64,000 bases of DNA from Squalus acanthias (lineage: Eukaryota): contig CM059425.1 of NCBI GenBank assembly GCA_030390025.1, forward strand, positions 43,090,001 to 43,154,000, given 5' to 3'. The notes under the pieces were generated by a model, which had not been told where the DNA came from, ran no database searches, and saw only the letters and a list, made by a program, of their open reading frames with translations. Made by a program: the position numbers and the translations under genes. Of the stretch, positions 36,311 through 50,075 are shown piece after piece (positions within the stretch are counted from its first letter, which is position 1; every line of letters starts with the position of its first letter).

Positions 36311-38734
36311 TCAGAATAGTGTAATCATCTTGTCTTAATTGAAGAACTGGCCACGGTGATAAATACTGATATAATAGCAATTGGTCCATGGCTAATAGTA
36401 ATTGCTGGACTAAAGACATGCTTTCTCAAACAACTAAGTTAAAGCACCGATAAATGCTGTTGTAGATTTTGTTATGGGTAATTCAGCAAGAAGCAAATGT
36501 CTGAACTATTGACACATTTTGAAAGCACTTAAGAGTAACTGCATCTTCTAAATGATTTTGTAAATCTCCGTTAAAAGTAGCCATTTTTAAAGCTTGCATA
36601 GAAATGTCTAAATTTTAGGTTTCCATTAATTAGATGAGTTTAATTTGGTGGTGTAATAATCTACTTACTATGTTACCAATGAAGTTGGTAATTAATTAAC
36701 AATTATGTCTTTCACTCCACTTTTATATTCCTAAATTATAATTGTCAATTGAATGCTGTTTTATCTTGCTTAATTTGTAAAATAAATTATATAAAAATAT
36801 GAAAAGTATGTAATGACATCACACCACAAGTGTTAAAAGGTTTGGAAGGGTATGACTGTAATTTACAAGTTTGGTTGAATTCTTGTTGTAAAACAAAGTT
36901 CATGTCATAAAATAATGGAAAATATAATCAATACACTGCCTTTGGGATGCGAGGGTATCTGCATATCTAGAAAGTAAAAGGCATATAGTTTACCTAAAAG
37001 ATATTCTTCATGACTTGCATTGCAGATGTCCTGTGCAAAGTTTGCACAGTACCAGATGGGTCAGATAAGGAATAAGATGATTACAAGCCTCTAGTTTAAG
37101 GCATTGTATCCACTGAGGAAATGGCAGAAACAGCCAGGATGCAGTGCCAAAGAGTCTGTGAAGCATTAGATCCTGGTATGAAATCTACAAACAAAGAACT
37201 CAGAAAAACTTCTAGTTCAAGTTTTCCCATTAGGATTTCAGAACTGTCTTTTGATGGCTATTAATATTATTGGGAATCGGGTTGAACAAACACTTATCAA
37301 ATATGAATAGGCCCAACAAAACACGATTGCTGCCCCTGCACAGAAAGGCAAGGCTAGAGACCTGAGGCCTAAGTGCTAGGATTATGTATTGGTTCGGTAA
37401 GGTGAAAACATCATCCTTTGCTTGCTTATGAGCTTTATCATTACAGTGTTGACTCCTGATGGAAGTACTGACCTTAATCTTGAAGTAGGAAATGTTGTAA
37501 GGCTTGCTCTCAATTCCTAATGACGTCCCATTCTGATTCTTGATGCTGGAAAGCATTCTGCTGGCAGGGAAATTTGGCCTTCTGGAATGCCCTAGGAGGG
37601 TACCAATTGGGACTTCAGCACGGTCACAATCAGGCCCAGATAACTGAAGGTACAAGCAAAGTGAAAGAACAGTTTCCTGGGTCTTTCTCAAGAGTGTAGT
37701 CGCATAAGTCAGTCATGTGACTTGTATACAGCTCTTCGAGACTCAGGGTGCAGCTCTTACTGAATGTAAGACACTGAAAGCTGAGGCTATATCAAAAGGC
37801 ACCAGTATATACTGGTAGCACATGCAAATTAAATAGAACCACAGATACATTCTGTCATTCTTCCTATCTGCTATGTAGTTTATATGGAGAGAATCCTAAG
37901 AGTGTTACAGCGCAGAAATAGCTCATGCTGCCCATCATGTCTGTGCTGGTGTTTTTCTCCACGAGATATTTAGGCCTAAAGTTTTTGCTTGCATGCCAGT
38001 AGTGAGGAACCTCACCCAGTGCACATTGGAACGTGGCAGGTGTGCTGCAAGCATGATTCTCAGCTGCCGCACATACTTGGAAAATTTAGGTCCTAGTCTA
38101 ACCCCACTCTCCTGCTTGCTCCCCCATATCCTTTAATATTCCTCTTGATCAAGGAATATCTAATTTTGTTTGAAAACAATTTGCAGACTCTGCCTCAACA
38201 AAGGTTAGTGGCAGAGAATTCCATCTTGCTGACCAATGGAAACAAACCATCACTTCATATACAGTGAAAGTGAATTCATTTAATAGACGGAGTATATCAC
38301 AAATTTGATCGGAGGCTCATATTTAGCATACCCATAGGTAGGACATTAGTAGCACAGCAAAATGCTATATTCAGTATATTGGAAGCTGAGGAGGCCGTTT
38401 AGCGTCCAAAAAAAAAAGGGTGCTGTGCAGTCCAAGTTCTAGGCTATTATTTCTAGCTGTGTGCTCCTATCTCAGTGAAGAAGACGAATGGTGGATGAAA
38501 ACTATCTGAAGAAATTATTTGGCTAGATGTTTGATAACTTATGTTTAATGAATGATAAATGAAAAACTGATCTATTTGATTGCTCAGCTATTCTTGTTTA
38601 CCTGTTCCTCACTGGTAGTTGCTAACTGAATTAAACTGCTTTTGATTTGTTCACATTTAGTCAGTCAGATTTTTGATTGGTAGCTTAACAGGTAAGCCCT
38701 CATTTCAGTCACTTAACCAGTTTCTGTCCTACGA

Positions 38735-38918
38735 ACGGGTGGTGGGAGCAGATTCAATAGTAATTTACAAAAGGTAATTGGATATATACTTAAAAAGGAA
38801 AAAATTGCTGCGCTATGGGGAAAGAGCAGGGGAGTGGGACTAATTGGTAGCTCTTTCAGAGAGCCAGCACAGGCACGATGGGCCGAATGGCCTCTTTCTG
38901 TGCTGTATGATTCTATGA
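38735..38918 (+). mobile_element. CR1 LINE 3' end fragment (second subfamily)
   Basis: Similar to 22965-23090; ends tgtatgattctatga. Confidence 0.75.
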
Positions 38919-39720
38919 CAGTGTGCCACCCTGAAGTGTGAGACTTTTAAGGTGTGATGCAACATTCATGTGCTAGATACAAAACTTTTAATGTTTCTAT
39001 GAAAGCTGATGGCGGAAGTTCAATATCTGCTATTTAATATTTTACAGAGCAGGGAGAAATTTTTGAGAATCATTATGGATCTTCAGAATTTGAATGAGCT
39101 GTTCAAAAATATAAAGTTAAAGATAGTCTTCTATGCCCAAGGCTAGTGATTGGTAATGCAGTGAGATACTGTAACAAATCCTGTGATTTTTATAACCTAC
39201 CATAATAATCATGGGCAAATACGAAAGGAGAGCAGTGGGAATGAAGCTGGGAGTTGGGATGGAGGGAGTAGCAGGAGCCAGAACTGGAAATAGGAGTCAA
39301 GTTGGAAAGAGCAATTGAAACCAATATTAAAATTGGGAGGTAAGAAGAAGATAAGCAATGGTTTCTGTATGGGAGGATTTTCTGCCCCATCTGGTGGAGT
39401 CAAGCTGGCTGCTTGCATTGATATATTGACCAAGTTGGTTTGCAGAATGTGAGCCGCTGTAATCTGGCAGAATTGGAGGGTTGAGGGGAGATACAGAGAG
39501 TGGGTGAGCTGTCGCACAGCCAAATTTGGGCCTGGCTCTCAAGAGCTCGGCTTTCCTGATGCTTATCCTCAATTGCTCCATTATTTTCAGCATATTTTGC
39601 TGTGACAAATCACCAGCCCCAACCATTATCCATTTGCTCATTCAGGTGTTTGACTTAGAGCCATAATCTTATTGGCTACCGACTTGACAGGAAGCTGGAG
39701 TGCCCAATGCCCACACGTTA

Positions 39721-40354
39721 GGGTGGATTTTAACTCCTGGGTGGGATACTGTTGGGGTTGAGGAGCCGATGGTCTTCTTGCTTGGGAGTCTTTGTGGACG
39801 GCCGCAGCTGATTTTGATGGCCGGGCTCCATTTATATTCCGCCAGCCACCCGCCCATGTAAGAGGCAGCTGGCTGGCTTTGAGCAGGTCAAAATGGCAGG
39901 GCCCAGAGGCCACCCGCTGGCAGCACGTAAAGCGTGAAGGCGGGAGGAGGGGCGGCGGTGGGGTGATCAGGGCGGTTTCGCTGGTGGGGAGGGGGCCTGG
40001 GGCAGCACTGCTGCACCTCCTGGCCTCACTAAGGAAAGTTTTTGACTTGCCTTAAAGGGCCCTCCTCTTCTTACCCACCAGGTTTTACTGAGCGAGGCAC
40101 CCGCGGTGGGCACCCTGCTCCCATGGCCATTAAAATACCATTGTGGTCCTATGGACGTCACAGGATCCTGATTACCAAATATTAATGAGGCTCCGGCCTG
40201 ATTCATGCAGGCTCCATAGCCTCCTAAATAAGGGTTCCAGTAAAGATGGCAGTGAGTGTGAATTGAGTGGAAATGGGGCGGTATTCTTTGCACAGCTATT
40301 TTAAATATGGGCCTGCACCGCTCCAGTTGGGTGGGATGGATTAAAATTCCTCCC
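39721..40354. mobile_element. PIF/Harbinger-like non-autonomous element
   Basis: TTA-GGGTGGATTTTAA...TTAAAATTCCTCCC-TA; GC-rich interior. Confidence 0.65.
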
Positions 40355-41659
40355 TATTGTATCAACACAGCAGAGCTTTTTTATTGACCCTAGAGGTCAG
40401 ACTTGTACCATTAGGTAGGTTTTGGGTTGCTCCAGTGTGTGAATTAGGTTACGGGGCACAGGGTCAGGTGAAGATGTTATACTGGAGCCAACACACTGCC
40501 CTACCCACGCCTTGAATTGGATCACCACCTTGACTGGGTTTAGTGGAGTTAACACGTTCAGCGTTGCTTTGGATACAGTGGCTTTGTGTTGAGATTTTCA
40601 TGCTGCATTTATGGTGCTTCAAGTGTAACTGTAGCAGGAAAAGCCTAATCTAACTGGAACATTGGATGTTCAATAAGAGGTAGATATCTGAGGCATAATT
40701 TGCCAGTGGTGGCATATTAGTAGCATGAAAAATCCCATTCTGATGGCTCCAGTCCAGCTCGATGGTTAACTGAACTTCATGCCTTAGTTCTTAAAAATAT
40801 CCTTATTGAGAATGAGGCAGAGGCTAAAACACATTTAAAATTCCTGCCTAAGGTGGAATCTGACTTCTACATGGCTCATGAAATCATCATACTATCTTTC
40901 TTTCCTCTCCCATAAATCTGAACTGGAACACCAATTACATCATGTGGATCTGATGAGAGCTTGCTATCATTATGCATATACGAAATAGTCTCAGAAAATC
41001 CACTAAGCTGAGCTATAGAGGGAAACCTACTGTTGAGAAGATGATGGCTTATTATGACAGGTCTTACACTGCTGCTGGATGGCAGGCAGGAATTGCACTG
41101 GCAAAATTAAGTTAATCATACTTAAGAAGTAGCCACTATGAGTATTTTGCACTGGAGGACATTTGTGCCACTTGAAGAAAATGTAATTTGGCAGAGATGT
41201 GCTAACTGCTGACTTCAATCCTTGGTGATATATAAATAGTAATTAGATGTGGCTAGTTTGATTTGTGCCATTGTGAAAACTTCAAAATAAATTTCCAGAT
41301 GGGTGTTTCAGCTTTTAGTAAACCAGCCATTTCTCCGTTTTTAATTTTATTTATTTATGATGTCCTTGCCACCTGCAATTTATGATTGCAGTCGGCCAGA
41401 TTGGGGAGGGAAAGGAGTGAGTATGTTACCCGCTCCATTTTAACTACTTCTCCGCCAGGTTTCTGCCAGGCAGGGGAGAATTAAAATTGATCCCTTATAG
41501 TCAAATCATTCATCAACACTCACTTACCGTGCTTGATCATGAAGAATGACTACTTCGGTGAGGTGATGGAACTCTACACAAACACGAGTCCATTGTTTTG
41601 AGGAGAGAAGAGGACAGGGAAAATTATAAAGGGAAGATTGAGGGTTAAGGATGATTCTA

Positions 41660-41913
41660 GGGGCAGATTTTTTCTCATTGCGCTTGGGTGTAAAGGATTG
41701 CCTGAGTGAGGCGCATCAAGAAAGTTCAGATGGGGAGGATAACATACCCATAATAGAGCCTGCCTTATCTTTTTTGTCCATTAATTTAAACAGACAAAAA
41801 AATCAGGCAGGCTCCAGTACACTTGTGCGATCCTCCCCACCCTTCTCACCCTGTATGTACTGTGTCCAGGAGTTCTTTTATGCTCAAGTGCAATAAGAGG
41901 GAATTCTGCCCAC
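41660..41913. mobile_element. Long imperfect palindromic MITE
   Basis: GGGGCAGATTTTTTCTCATTGCGCTTGGG pairs with CTCAAGTGCAATAAGAGGGAATTCTGCCC; inner gagcctgcc/ggcaggctc and ttttttgtc/gacaaaaaa also pair. Confidence 0.7.
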
Positions 41914-42111
41914 TAAAGTCTGGGAAATGGACGTTAAAGGAACTGACATTCCTTGAATTTCAAAGACAAGGTGAGTAAGTATTCCTTTGTTCATTGAAAA
42001 TGCATAGCTTTTGTTTCCTGAAGAAAGTTGTATTTTCTAATCATCCTCCCTCTTTTTTCTGTCTTGGGATAAAAGGTGTGGAAAGTCAAGAATATAGCTC
42101 ACACAAATGTA

Positions 42112-42952
42112 AGGCTCCAATTAAACATTGGGAAGACCAAAGCCATTGTCTTTGGCCTCCACCATAAGCTCCGTTCCCTCGCTACTGATTCTATCCCCCT
42201 CCCTGGCCATTGTCTTAGGCTGAATCAGATTATTTGCAACCTTGGTGTCCTATTTGATCCTGAGCTGAACTTTCAAGTTCATATCCTCGACATCACAAAG
42301 ACCACCTACTTCTACCTCCATAAAATCGCCTGTCTCCGCTGCTGCCTCAGCTTATCTGCTGCTAAAATCTCCATCCATGCTTTCGTTACCTCCAGACTTG
42401 ATTATTCCAATGCTCTGTTGGCCAGCCTCCCATCTTCCACCTACCATAAACTTGAGCTCATCCATAACTCTGCTGCCTGTATCCTAACTCACACCAAGTC
42501 CCATTCACCCATCACCCCTGTGCTCACTGACCTACATTGGCTCCCGGTCCACCAATGCCTTGATTTTAAAATTTCATCCTCATGTTCAAATCCTTCCATG
42601 GCCTCGCTTCTCCCAATCTCTGTAATGTCTTCCAGCCCTACAACCATCAAAGAACTCTACGTTTCTCCAACTCTGGCCTCTTGTGCATCCCCCACTCCCT
42701 TCATTGGTGGTCCTACCTTCAGTCTTCAAGACACTAAGCTCTAGAATTTCCTCCCTAAAACTCTCCACCTCTATATCTCTCTGTCCGCCTTTAAGACCCT
42801 TCTTAAAACCTACCTCTTTAACCAAGCTTTTGGTCATCCATCCTAATTTCTCCTTCTTTGGATTGGTGTCAGTTTTGTCTCATTACGCTCCTGTGAAGCA
42901 TCCTGTGATGTTTTCCTATGTTAAAAGCGTTATATAAATGCAAATTGTTGTT
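42112..42952 (+). mobile_element. L2-type LINE 3' part
   Basis: ORF 42076-42744 has LQLNIGKTKAIVFG, IHAFVTSRLDYSNALL and HSPITPVLTDLHWLPV; (gtt)n tail. Confidence 0.92.
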
Positions 42953-42974
42953 GGTTGTGCAAGGCATATTTTAT

Positions 42975-43415
42975 TTTGCTTCTTTTTTCCCTTCTCTACT
43001 GAAGATGTTGACTCCTTCCTAGAGTAGGCTTCATGGCTGCCAGTTACTCTCTGATATTTTCTCCAAGTGGCTGTTATTGAAGTATGAGCCTCAATGGTGA
43101 ACAGTGGCAGGCTATTCAACCGCCATGGGGGTGGTGGGGTGTGGGGTGGCAGTGTTATTGTAGTGCAGTCCGATCCTGTCCTCACTTAACTGCAGGGATC
43201 ACTGGGTATTGATCAGGAGTGGGAGCCCTGACCAATTTTTTGCTCCCTAATCTATATGGGTGGGTGGGAGGGGTATGGGTGCACTAAGGCCAACTGTACT
43301 TTCTCTATCCTTGCCCTGGCTGAGATCAGACAATTCAGTGCAAAACCAGAGGTCAATTCTAGGTCTTTTGCGGTCTGTATGGATCTGCTACTCACTGAGC
43401 TATGAAGGGAGTAGA
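42975..43415 (-). mobile_element. Family X SINE-like copy
   Basis: Same motif order, including ccgatcctgtcctcac and ccctggctgagatcag. Confidence 0.6.
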
Positions 43416-46400
43416 CATATGAGGCAGATCTATGCTCTTTATCATTGGGCATAATGTAAGGACAAATCTTGTTATTTTGGAAATAATCAGTACGCATTTT
43501 TATATTATTTTATTTATTATATGACTCGATTGTAAGATTTTCCTAGTTTAACCCTCCCACCTACTGTGCCTAGACTGTAATTGGATTTAATACATGAAGG
43601 TTAGATTTTGTAATTGGAAATGTTGAAACTGGCTTATTACCATCTATGATTGTATATTTCACCCCTTATTAATCCAAATTTTAACATAACCCACTATTAA
43701 TAAGCAATGTACAGTTGCTGAAATATTAAACACATCAAGAATTCCGTTTATGATCATTCTACCTAACTGCTGTCCTAAATTAAAGGAAAGTGACCAAAGC
43801 TGGAATTTACATTTACTGCAGGATATTACCCATCTAGTTACAGCTCTAGAGGTTTAATTTAAAAAATAATACAAGTAAAATCTCTGTTTATGTTTCTACT
43901 TTTCTGTTGATCATTAAAAGTTCTTCATCTTCAGCTCCTTCTGCAGGAGTCAGAAGGTTATGCTGATCTACTTAACTATTGTTGTGGTACCGCTAGTTTG
44001 AGTTTAGCCACTTACTAAGGAAATGTGTCAAAATTCTCTTCTCCTTGTTCCCTGAGAGAAAAAATATATAAAAATGGATCCTTTTAGATAGAATTGCCTG
44101 GAATAGAATACATTTAATACATGGAATCTTTTTATTTCAAAAAGTGTTGCTGGTGAACGGGAAAGTTCTATTAAAAACTGCTATCATCTCATCATTTCAT
44201 AGGATAGGTGAGATTTAGTTATGCATTTTTAAGAGAACACAATATAATCATCCAAATTCAAAATAACGTTTATGTTTAACTAATTGATCCGCCATGGTGT
44301 TGCACACAGGGAGTCCAGATCGAAAGTAGTCGTCAGGTGAAGCGGGGTTACAGGGCAGGGATAATTAGACCAGGGCACACAGACATAAGTCAATCCTCAT
44401 TTTAAAGTCATACATTCTGTCCTTATTTTTATATTTCCATTATAAATGTGGACACAGCAATTTATAATGGAACTGTCAATGTCAGCTTGTCATACTGTAA
44501 TTATGCCCTCCTGCCAATGGTGGCACTGCAACGCTTCCACAAGGGGCAGGTTTAATTACAGCATGACAAGTGTACTAGGACATTTCCATCATCAACTTGG
44601 ACATTAGAATTTATAACAGAAAAAGTTGACAGGGTGTGCAGACAGACATTAAGATCTGTAATATAATATAGATGTAATTATCTGAAAACTTTGATGATGT
44701 TTATACTTAGGGTTGATTATTAACACTCGTTATTGTGCTTCTTCCACCAATGCATACAGTAATTATTAGTTGCATGCAGTTTGGAGAACATATCGGTCCT
44801 AGAATTGGCTGAAGTCTGACTACTTAAATAAAATTTACTTGGGATGATGGTGCGCTCCAAACTGATGTAAAACAGATTTACTTTCAGTTAGTATCATGCA
44901 CGTGTCAGTACAATGTGGCAGTGCATTTGATGACAAATCATCCCCATTATACCTGTCACATCCAGCCATCATGGCACGGACACTCTGTTCCTCCTACCAT
45001 CAGGTGTTATCCTTGTTATTTAAACTTTTTTAAAAAATGTGGGTGCGGAGCTGCTTTACTGAGAACATTCACCATAACCAAGACAGATTTGCCCATATGA
45101 ATTCAATAGACTCTGCCTGGATTTACAGCAAAGTGCCCTATTATAACCATGGCACAGTGCCTGTGCCAGTAGTCGTTGCCAATTAAAATGCAGAAGTCAT
45201 TAAAACTATAAAATTCATTGATCTCTGAGCCCATTTGAAAAACAAAAAGAAATTTACATTGGTGTTGGTTTAGAAATGTGTCAGTCTAGGCTAGTATACA
45301 ATAGCCATTTTCTCAACACGTATTGCTGAGTGGCAATTGTGTTTAGCTGACCATACATATTCTTTTAAATTCTCACAACAGCCCACCACCTTACTTGAAA
45401 ACAAAGTTGATCTTTACAACTAGAAACAAATGTGTACTTTTAGTAATGCAGATTTTCTCTGAGATTTTCTCAAAGGCTCGTTATTCAGATCATTTTCTAC
45501 TTTGCACAAAATTGCTGAATGGCTTTGTGGTAGAGTATTTAGTAATGCTTATTTAAGATGATAAATAAGTAATGAATGCTTTTAGAATGGTTGACTAACC
45601 ATCTCTAATGATTTGCATAAAGCGGTACCAAAGAGGTAGAATCATGTTGCAGCACAGTTTGAGGGCAGAAGGAACAAGAATTTTCTTTTCTGGCTAATGT
45701 AGAATTCATGATAATCTTTGTGACGCGAGTGGAGGGTAGAAGGAATCAGAGAAGTGGCGATCACATAGTGTGAATGTATTGATACCTCAGCTGGCACAGG
45801 AGAATGGGAGGGGAGTTAGAAAAATCAAGGACAGCTGCCAGTTCGCTGTCAAAGCAATGGAGAAATTTTAATTTGCATCATGATTAACTGAAAGCTGCTC
45901 ATTGAAGATATTGACAAGGAGGAGCCTTGGACAAGAGAGGCACGGGACAAATCACGCCTGAGCTTTTGTTTCTTGAGTAAGCAGAGATTAGGTTGGATTA
46001 GTATTTAGCTCTCCGGTGAGCATTTATAAAGGTGCCGGAGAGAGGCTGAATTGTTCATCCTCTAAGAGTTAATACAACTTTTGGATACATGGGGATCAGG
46101 CAGAGAGGGAGATTTGAAACCACGTCAGAAATCAACAGCTAAAGTTAAGGAGGAAGAAAAACTGAACATGTAACAAAAAAACCTTCAAGACAGAGAGAAC
46201 GTACAATATGATATTCAAGCTTCTCCTGATGAGCTATTTATGTATCTTGATGACTTGTGCTCGGCACCACTGCAGTGTCTTTGTTGAGCTCAGCGGTTTA
46301 TCAGAAGTCACCGTGTAATCATGTGGAAACCTCAATGATTGCTGCTGGACCAGACTGTCCCTACACATCCTGGATAATGGAGTGTCAAAGCAAAATGGAT

Positions 46401-48209
46401 GGGAAAGTTGTGGTTTATTGGCTTCATGTGCTGGTTATAAACCCTAACTAGATGATGGATTGGAGGGAACTGTAAGTAAATTCAAGCATCTTTTCCTGTA
46501 TTGATTTACAACAGTTGACTCCAGACACCTTCATTATATTAGTTATCAATCATATTTAGTAGATGATTCTTTCAGGATTTTCAAAGGAATTAAAGAATTT
46601 TAGGATTATTTGAGTTTGTATAAAATATGACATTTACTACCCCCCTTAATGAACCCATAGAACATTCCATGCTTTTTTTTAATGTTGTTTAAACCCTTTC
46701 ACTGATTTGCAATTGTAATTTTGATCTTTACTGTAATGTTGCAATTTAAATTTGTTGCTGCCTTTCTGATGTCAGAGGTGGAACTCGTTCAAATGCAGTC
46801 ATACTGACTTGATGCTGGCTCAGAAAGCCAGTGTCCATGTAATATTCAAACATTACGTTTAAATTTCCAATTAATTTTGTAGAATCTTTTATCAAAATAA
46901 AAATTCTGCTACCACTGATAATTGAGAAAAGTAGTCTAATATTTTAAATACTGTTTCAGTACCCAAAATAATGAAATACATCAAAAACATTCTTTAGAAA
47001 GGGACTGGGAGTATCAATTTCTAAACCTGTTATGTGTCTTTTTATATCGGAATTCCCTCTACTTGACTGCTATTTGTAATCATACCAAGCAATATGTTAG
47101 TTTTTTTTTCTACAATATGCTTTCTGCTGTAAGAGATTGCTTCATATAAACTTGCAGTAGCAGCAGGTTAAAGCTTTGTCTGCCTGAATGAACAGTAGAT
47201 GTGCAAATGCAGCCTTTACATCCTGCTTCCTTTCACAGCCTCTCCCAAGGGAAATCCTACACTAGACTTTATTGAAGTAATAATTATTTCATCAGGTCTT
47301 GTGTATTTCTTGCCTGTATTTGGACTGGAACCTCCAGAGGCTACAGTTGTCATTTCTACCCAGGACTGACCACTTGCATGCTGATGTACTGCTTGCAAAA
47401 CATATTTGCACAATTCAAAGGAGGAATGCTAGTGACTTATATAATGCTTTTTGAAAGTTAAAAACAGTTGTAGTCATAATATCCTGCTGTTATTCAAATA
47501 AATGCCCTGTAGGAAAGGTGAACTTTTAAATCCAATTTACTGTCAATGCTGTAAAGCTTGAATGTGTGATTAGTGATGAATTGACAAAATTAATTTTTTA
47601 TCCGCGATCTGAAAATGCATTAGTGCTTTCATGTTTTGTTTCATTGAGCTATGCTGCTTTAACGAGCCACTATGGTGGCGAATTATTTATGGACTGCTGT
47701 GTTTGCCTGCTGTTTGCACCTCTTGAGTAAACCAGAAACACAACTGATATAGTAATTAATGGGGAGCTATAAAAGTGACCATTACTATACATTTTACCAT
47801 GTACCAGAGGAATGCGAATCCTCTGAAATGCTAATAACTTGTTAGATCACTATGTACTGTATGTTCCAGAGTAGCCCATCTGGCCTTATAGTGACAGGAG
47901 GCTGATTTCAGCTTTTATGGTGTTGCTGAGATTTCGGCAGCCTTGGACTCAGCTGCTGAAGCTGTTCAGCAAGTTATAGTCTAATTGAAACTCTGCTAGG
48001 GAGAAATTAAGTGAATATTGTCTTGGCCATATTTCTGCCTGAATCTGCCTATATTAGTCTCCTGACAGAACATTCCTATGGAATTTGATTAGAATCAAGT
48101 GAGTTGATTTGTTAAACAGGGAATGATGACATTGAACATCTGTTTTGCTGGGCCAAATTACATTTGGCTCTTAGTAACACTGCTGTTTTTCCCCCCTTAC
48201 ATTCTACAG

Positions 48210-48393
48210 AGCAGCGCAGAAGCTGAATCTCTCTACGAAGCAAAAGAAAAACCACCCACTTCTCCAGCATTCGCATGAGCTCTCAAACTGCAGAACAAAT
48301 TTCAGTGGTATTTTGCAAGTGTCCCCTCCCCCAGCACCACCATGCCTTTTGAGGGCGGTGTGTAAAGTCAAGGACAACCCAGGCATTGGCAAG
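48210..48393 (+). CDS. KIF26A: KIF26A-like internal coding exon (184 nt, phase 2-0), just before the motor domain
   Basis: Acceptor tttttccccccttacattctacAG ending 48209 and donor AAG|GTACGA at 48394. Translates (R)[16 protein letters not shown]...[32 protein letters not shown], a conserved KIF26 segment. Missed by the ORF track. Confidence 0.93.
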
Positions 48394-48819
48394 GTACGAG
48401 ATAAGTCTGCTGTCAGTCGTCTTCGCTATGTATCACTGCTGAAATCTGTGTAAATATAGATACATCAAATAATATGAAGCTTAAGAAATAATATCGATGT
48501 GATTTTTGAATCCTGTGTTGCTGCTAAAAATAATTTTTAAGAGCCACATCTCTTGATGAAGTTTTATTACTTACAGATCACTTGATGCTGTTTTCTCAAT
48601 GTACAAATGAATTTGCAGAAACATCCAGAGTGTTCATGGCCCCAAGCTGAAATCTGCAGCAGAGATATTATCCCTTTTATAGTGCATTTATGGGGCTGGT
48701 GCAGTCCCTCAAGTTTTCTTCATACTGGGCCAGAAAGTATAATATAACACTACAAATGATGGTATTGCCTGAGCTTTAGCTAATGCCTCATGTTGGTTTT
48801 TGTTTGTGCTCGCTACGGT

Positions 48820-49276
48820 AAAGAAAGAAAAGAAAGAACTTGCATTTCTATCGCGCCTTTCATGACCTTAGGACATCCCAAAGCACTTTACAGCCAATTA
48901 AGTACTTTTGAAGTGTAGTCACTGTTGTAATGTAGGAAATGCAGCAGCCAATTTGCGCACAGCAAGGTCCCACAAACAGCAATATGATAATGACCAGATC
49001 ATCTGTTTTAGGTGTTGGTTGAGAGATAAATATTGGCTAGGATACCGGGAGAACTCAACTGCTCTTCTTCGAATAGTTCCGTGGGATCTTTTTCGTACAC
49101 CTGAGAGGGCAGACGGGGCCTCGGTTTAACGTCTCATCTGAAAGACGGCACCTCTGACAGTGCAGCACTCCCTCAGTACTGCACTGGAGTGTCAGCCTAG
49201 ATTTTTGTGCTCAAGTCTCAGGAGTGGGACTTGAACCCACAACCTTCGGACTCAGAGGCGAGAGTGCTACCAACTG
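48820..49276 (-). mobile_element. tRNA-derived Deu-SINE (SacSINE1-like)
   Basis: High similarity to 32823-33250, with an extra ~38 nt that the other copy lacks. Confidence 0.85.
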
Positions 49277-49289
49277 GATATAACCAAAA

Positions 49290-50075
49290 CAAGTATGTGG
49301 GCAGATTAATGCAGGTAAAATTAAATGCAAACAAATGCACAGTACTGCACATAGAAAGGAAAAATAAGAAACACACATACTCCATGAATGGTGTTGAAGT
49401 AGTTAAAGATGAAGCAGAAAGAGTCCTAGGAGTCTTAGCAGACTCAATGCTAAACATGCCCAACTAATGCACAGCAGCATATCTACAAAGCCAATAGCAC
49501 GCTGAACTGCACAGCGAAACCGTTGAATATAAATCAGAGGAAGTTGTGATTAAACTGTACAGTGCACTGTTCAGACCACACATTGAATATTTTATCCAGT
49601 TCTGATCAATGAGATAAAAGATTTAAGTGCTGGAAGCAGTGCGGAGAAGAGCCACAAGGCTGATTCCTACTTTTAGGGGGCTGAGTTATGAGGACAGACT
49701 AGAGTAACTTGGGCTTTTCAGCCTGGAAAGGAGATATCTGAGAGGCGATCTTCCAGAGGTACATAGGACTGCTAAGGATATGGAAAAGGTAAATCTAGAA
49801 TATTACTTTAAAGTAAATTGCAAGAGCTGGACAAAAGGAAATAGGATCAAACTAGTGAAAGGTAAATTTTGGACTGATATCAGGAAATTCTTCTTCACAC
49901 AAGGAGCAATCAACACATAAAATGGACGTCCCAATAGAGTAGTGGAGGCAAACACCCTGGAATCAATAAGAAAGAATTTGATGCTACCATGGAGGGACTG
50001 GAGGGTGTTTCTGAATGGATGAATTATGATGGGCCCAATGTTTTCCTCATTCGTAATTATCTTGTGATTTTGTGA
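49290..50075 (+). mobile_element. Degenerate CR1 LINE 3' part
   Basis: Disrupted LYSALFRPHIEY, RRATRLIP, GLSYEDRL, LGLFSLERR and RKFFFTQ-like motifs. Confidence 0.85.

Noticed and set aside
42076-42744. 222-aa ORF as a host gene
   Set aside because: L2 ORF2 C-terminal debris that shifts frame.
46226-46260. Other CTGANGA motifs as hammerheads (also 3222, 12266, 40950)
   Set aside because: No helix II followed by GAAA and no helix I pairing.
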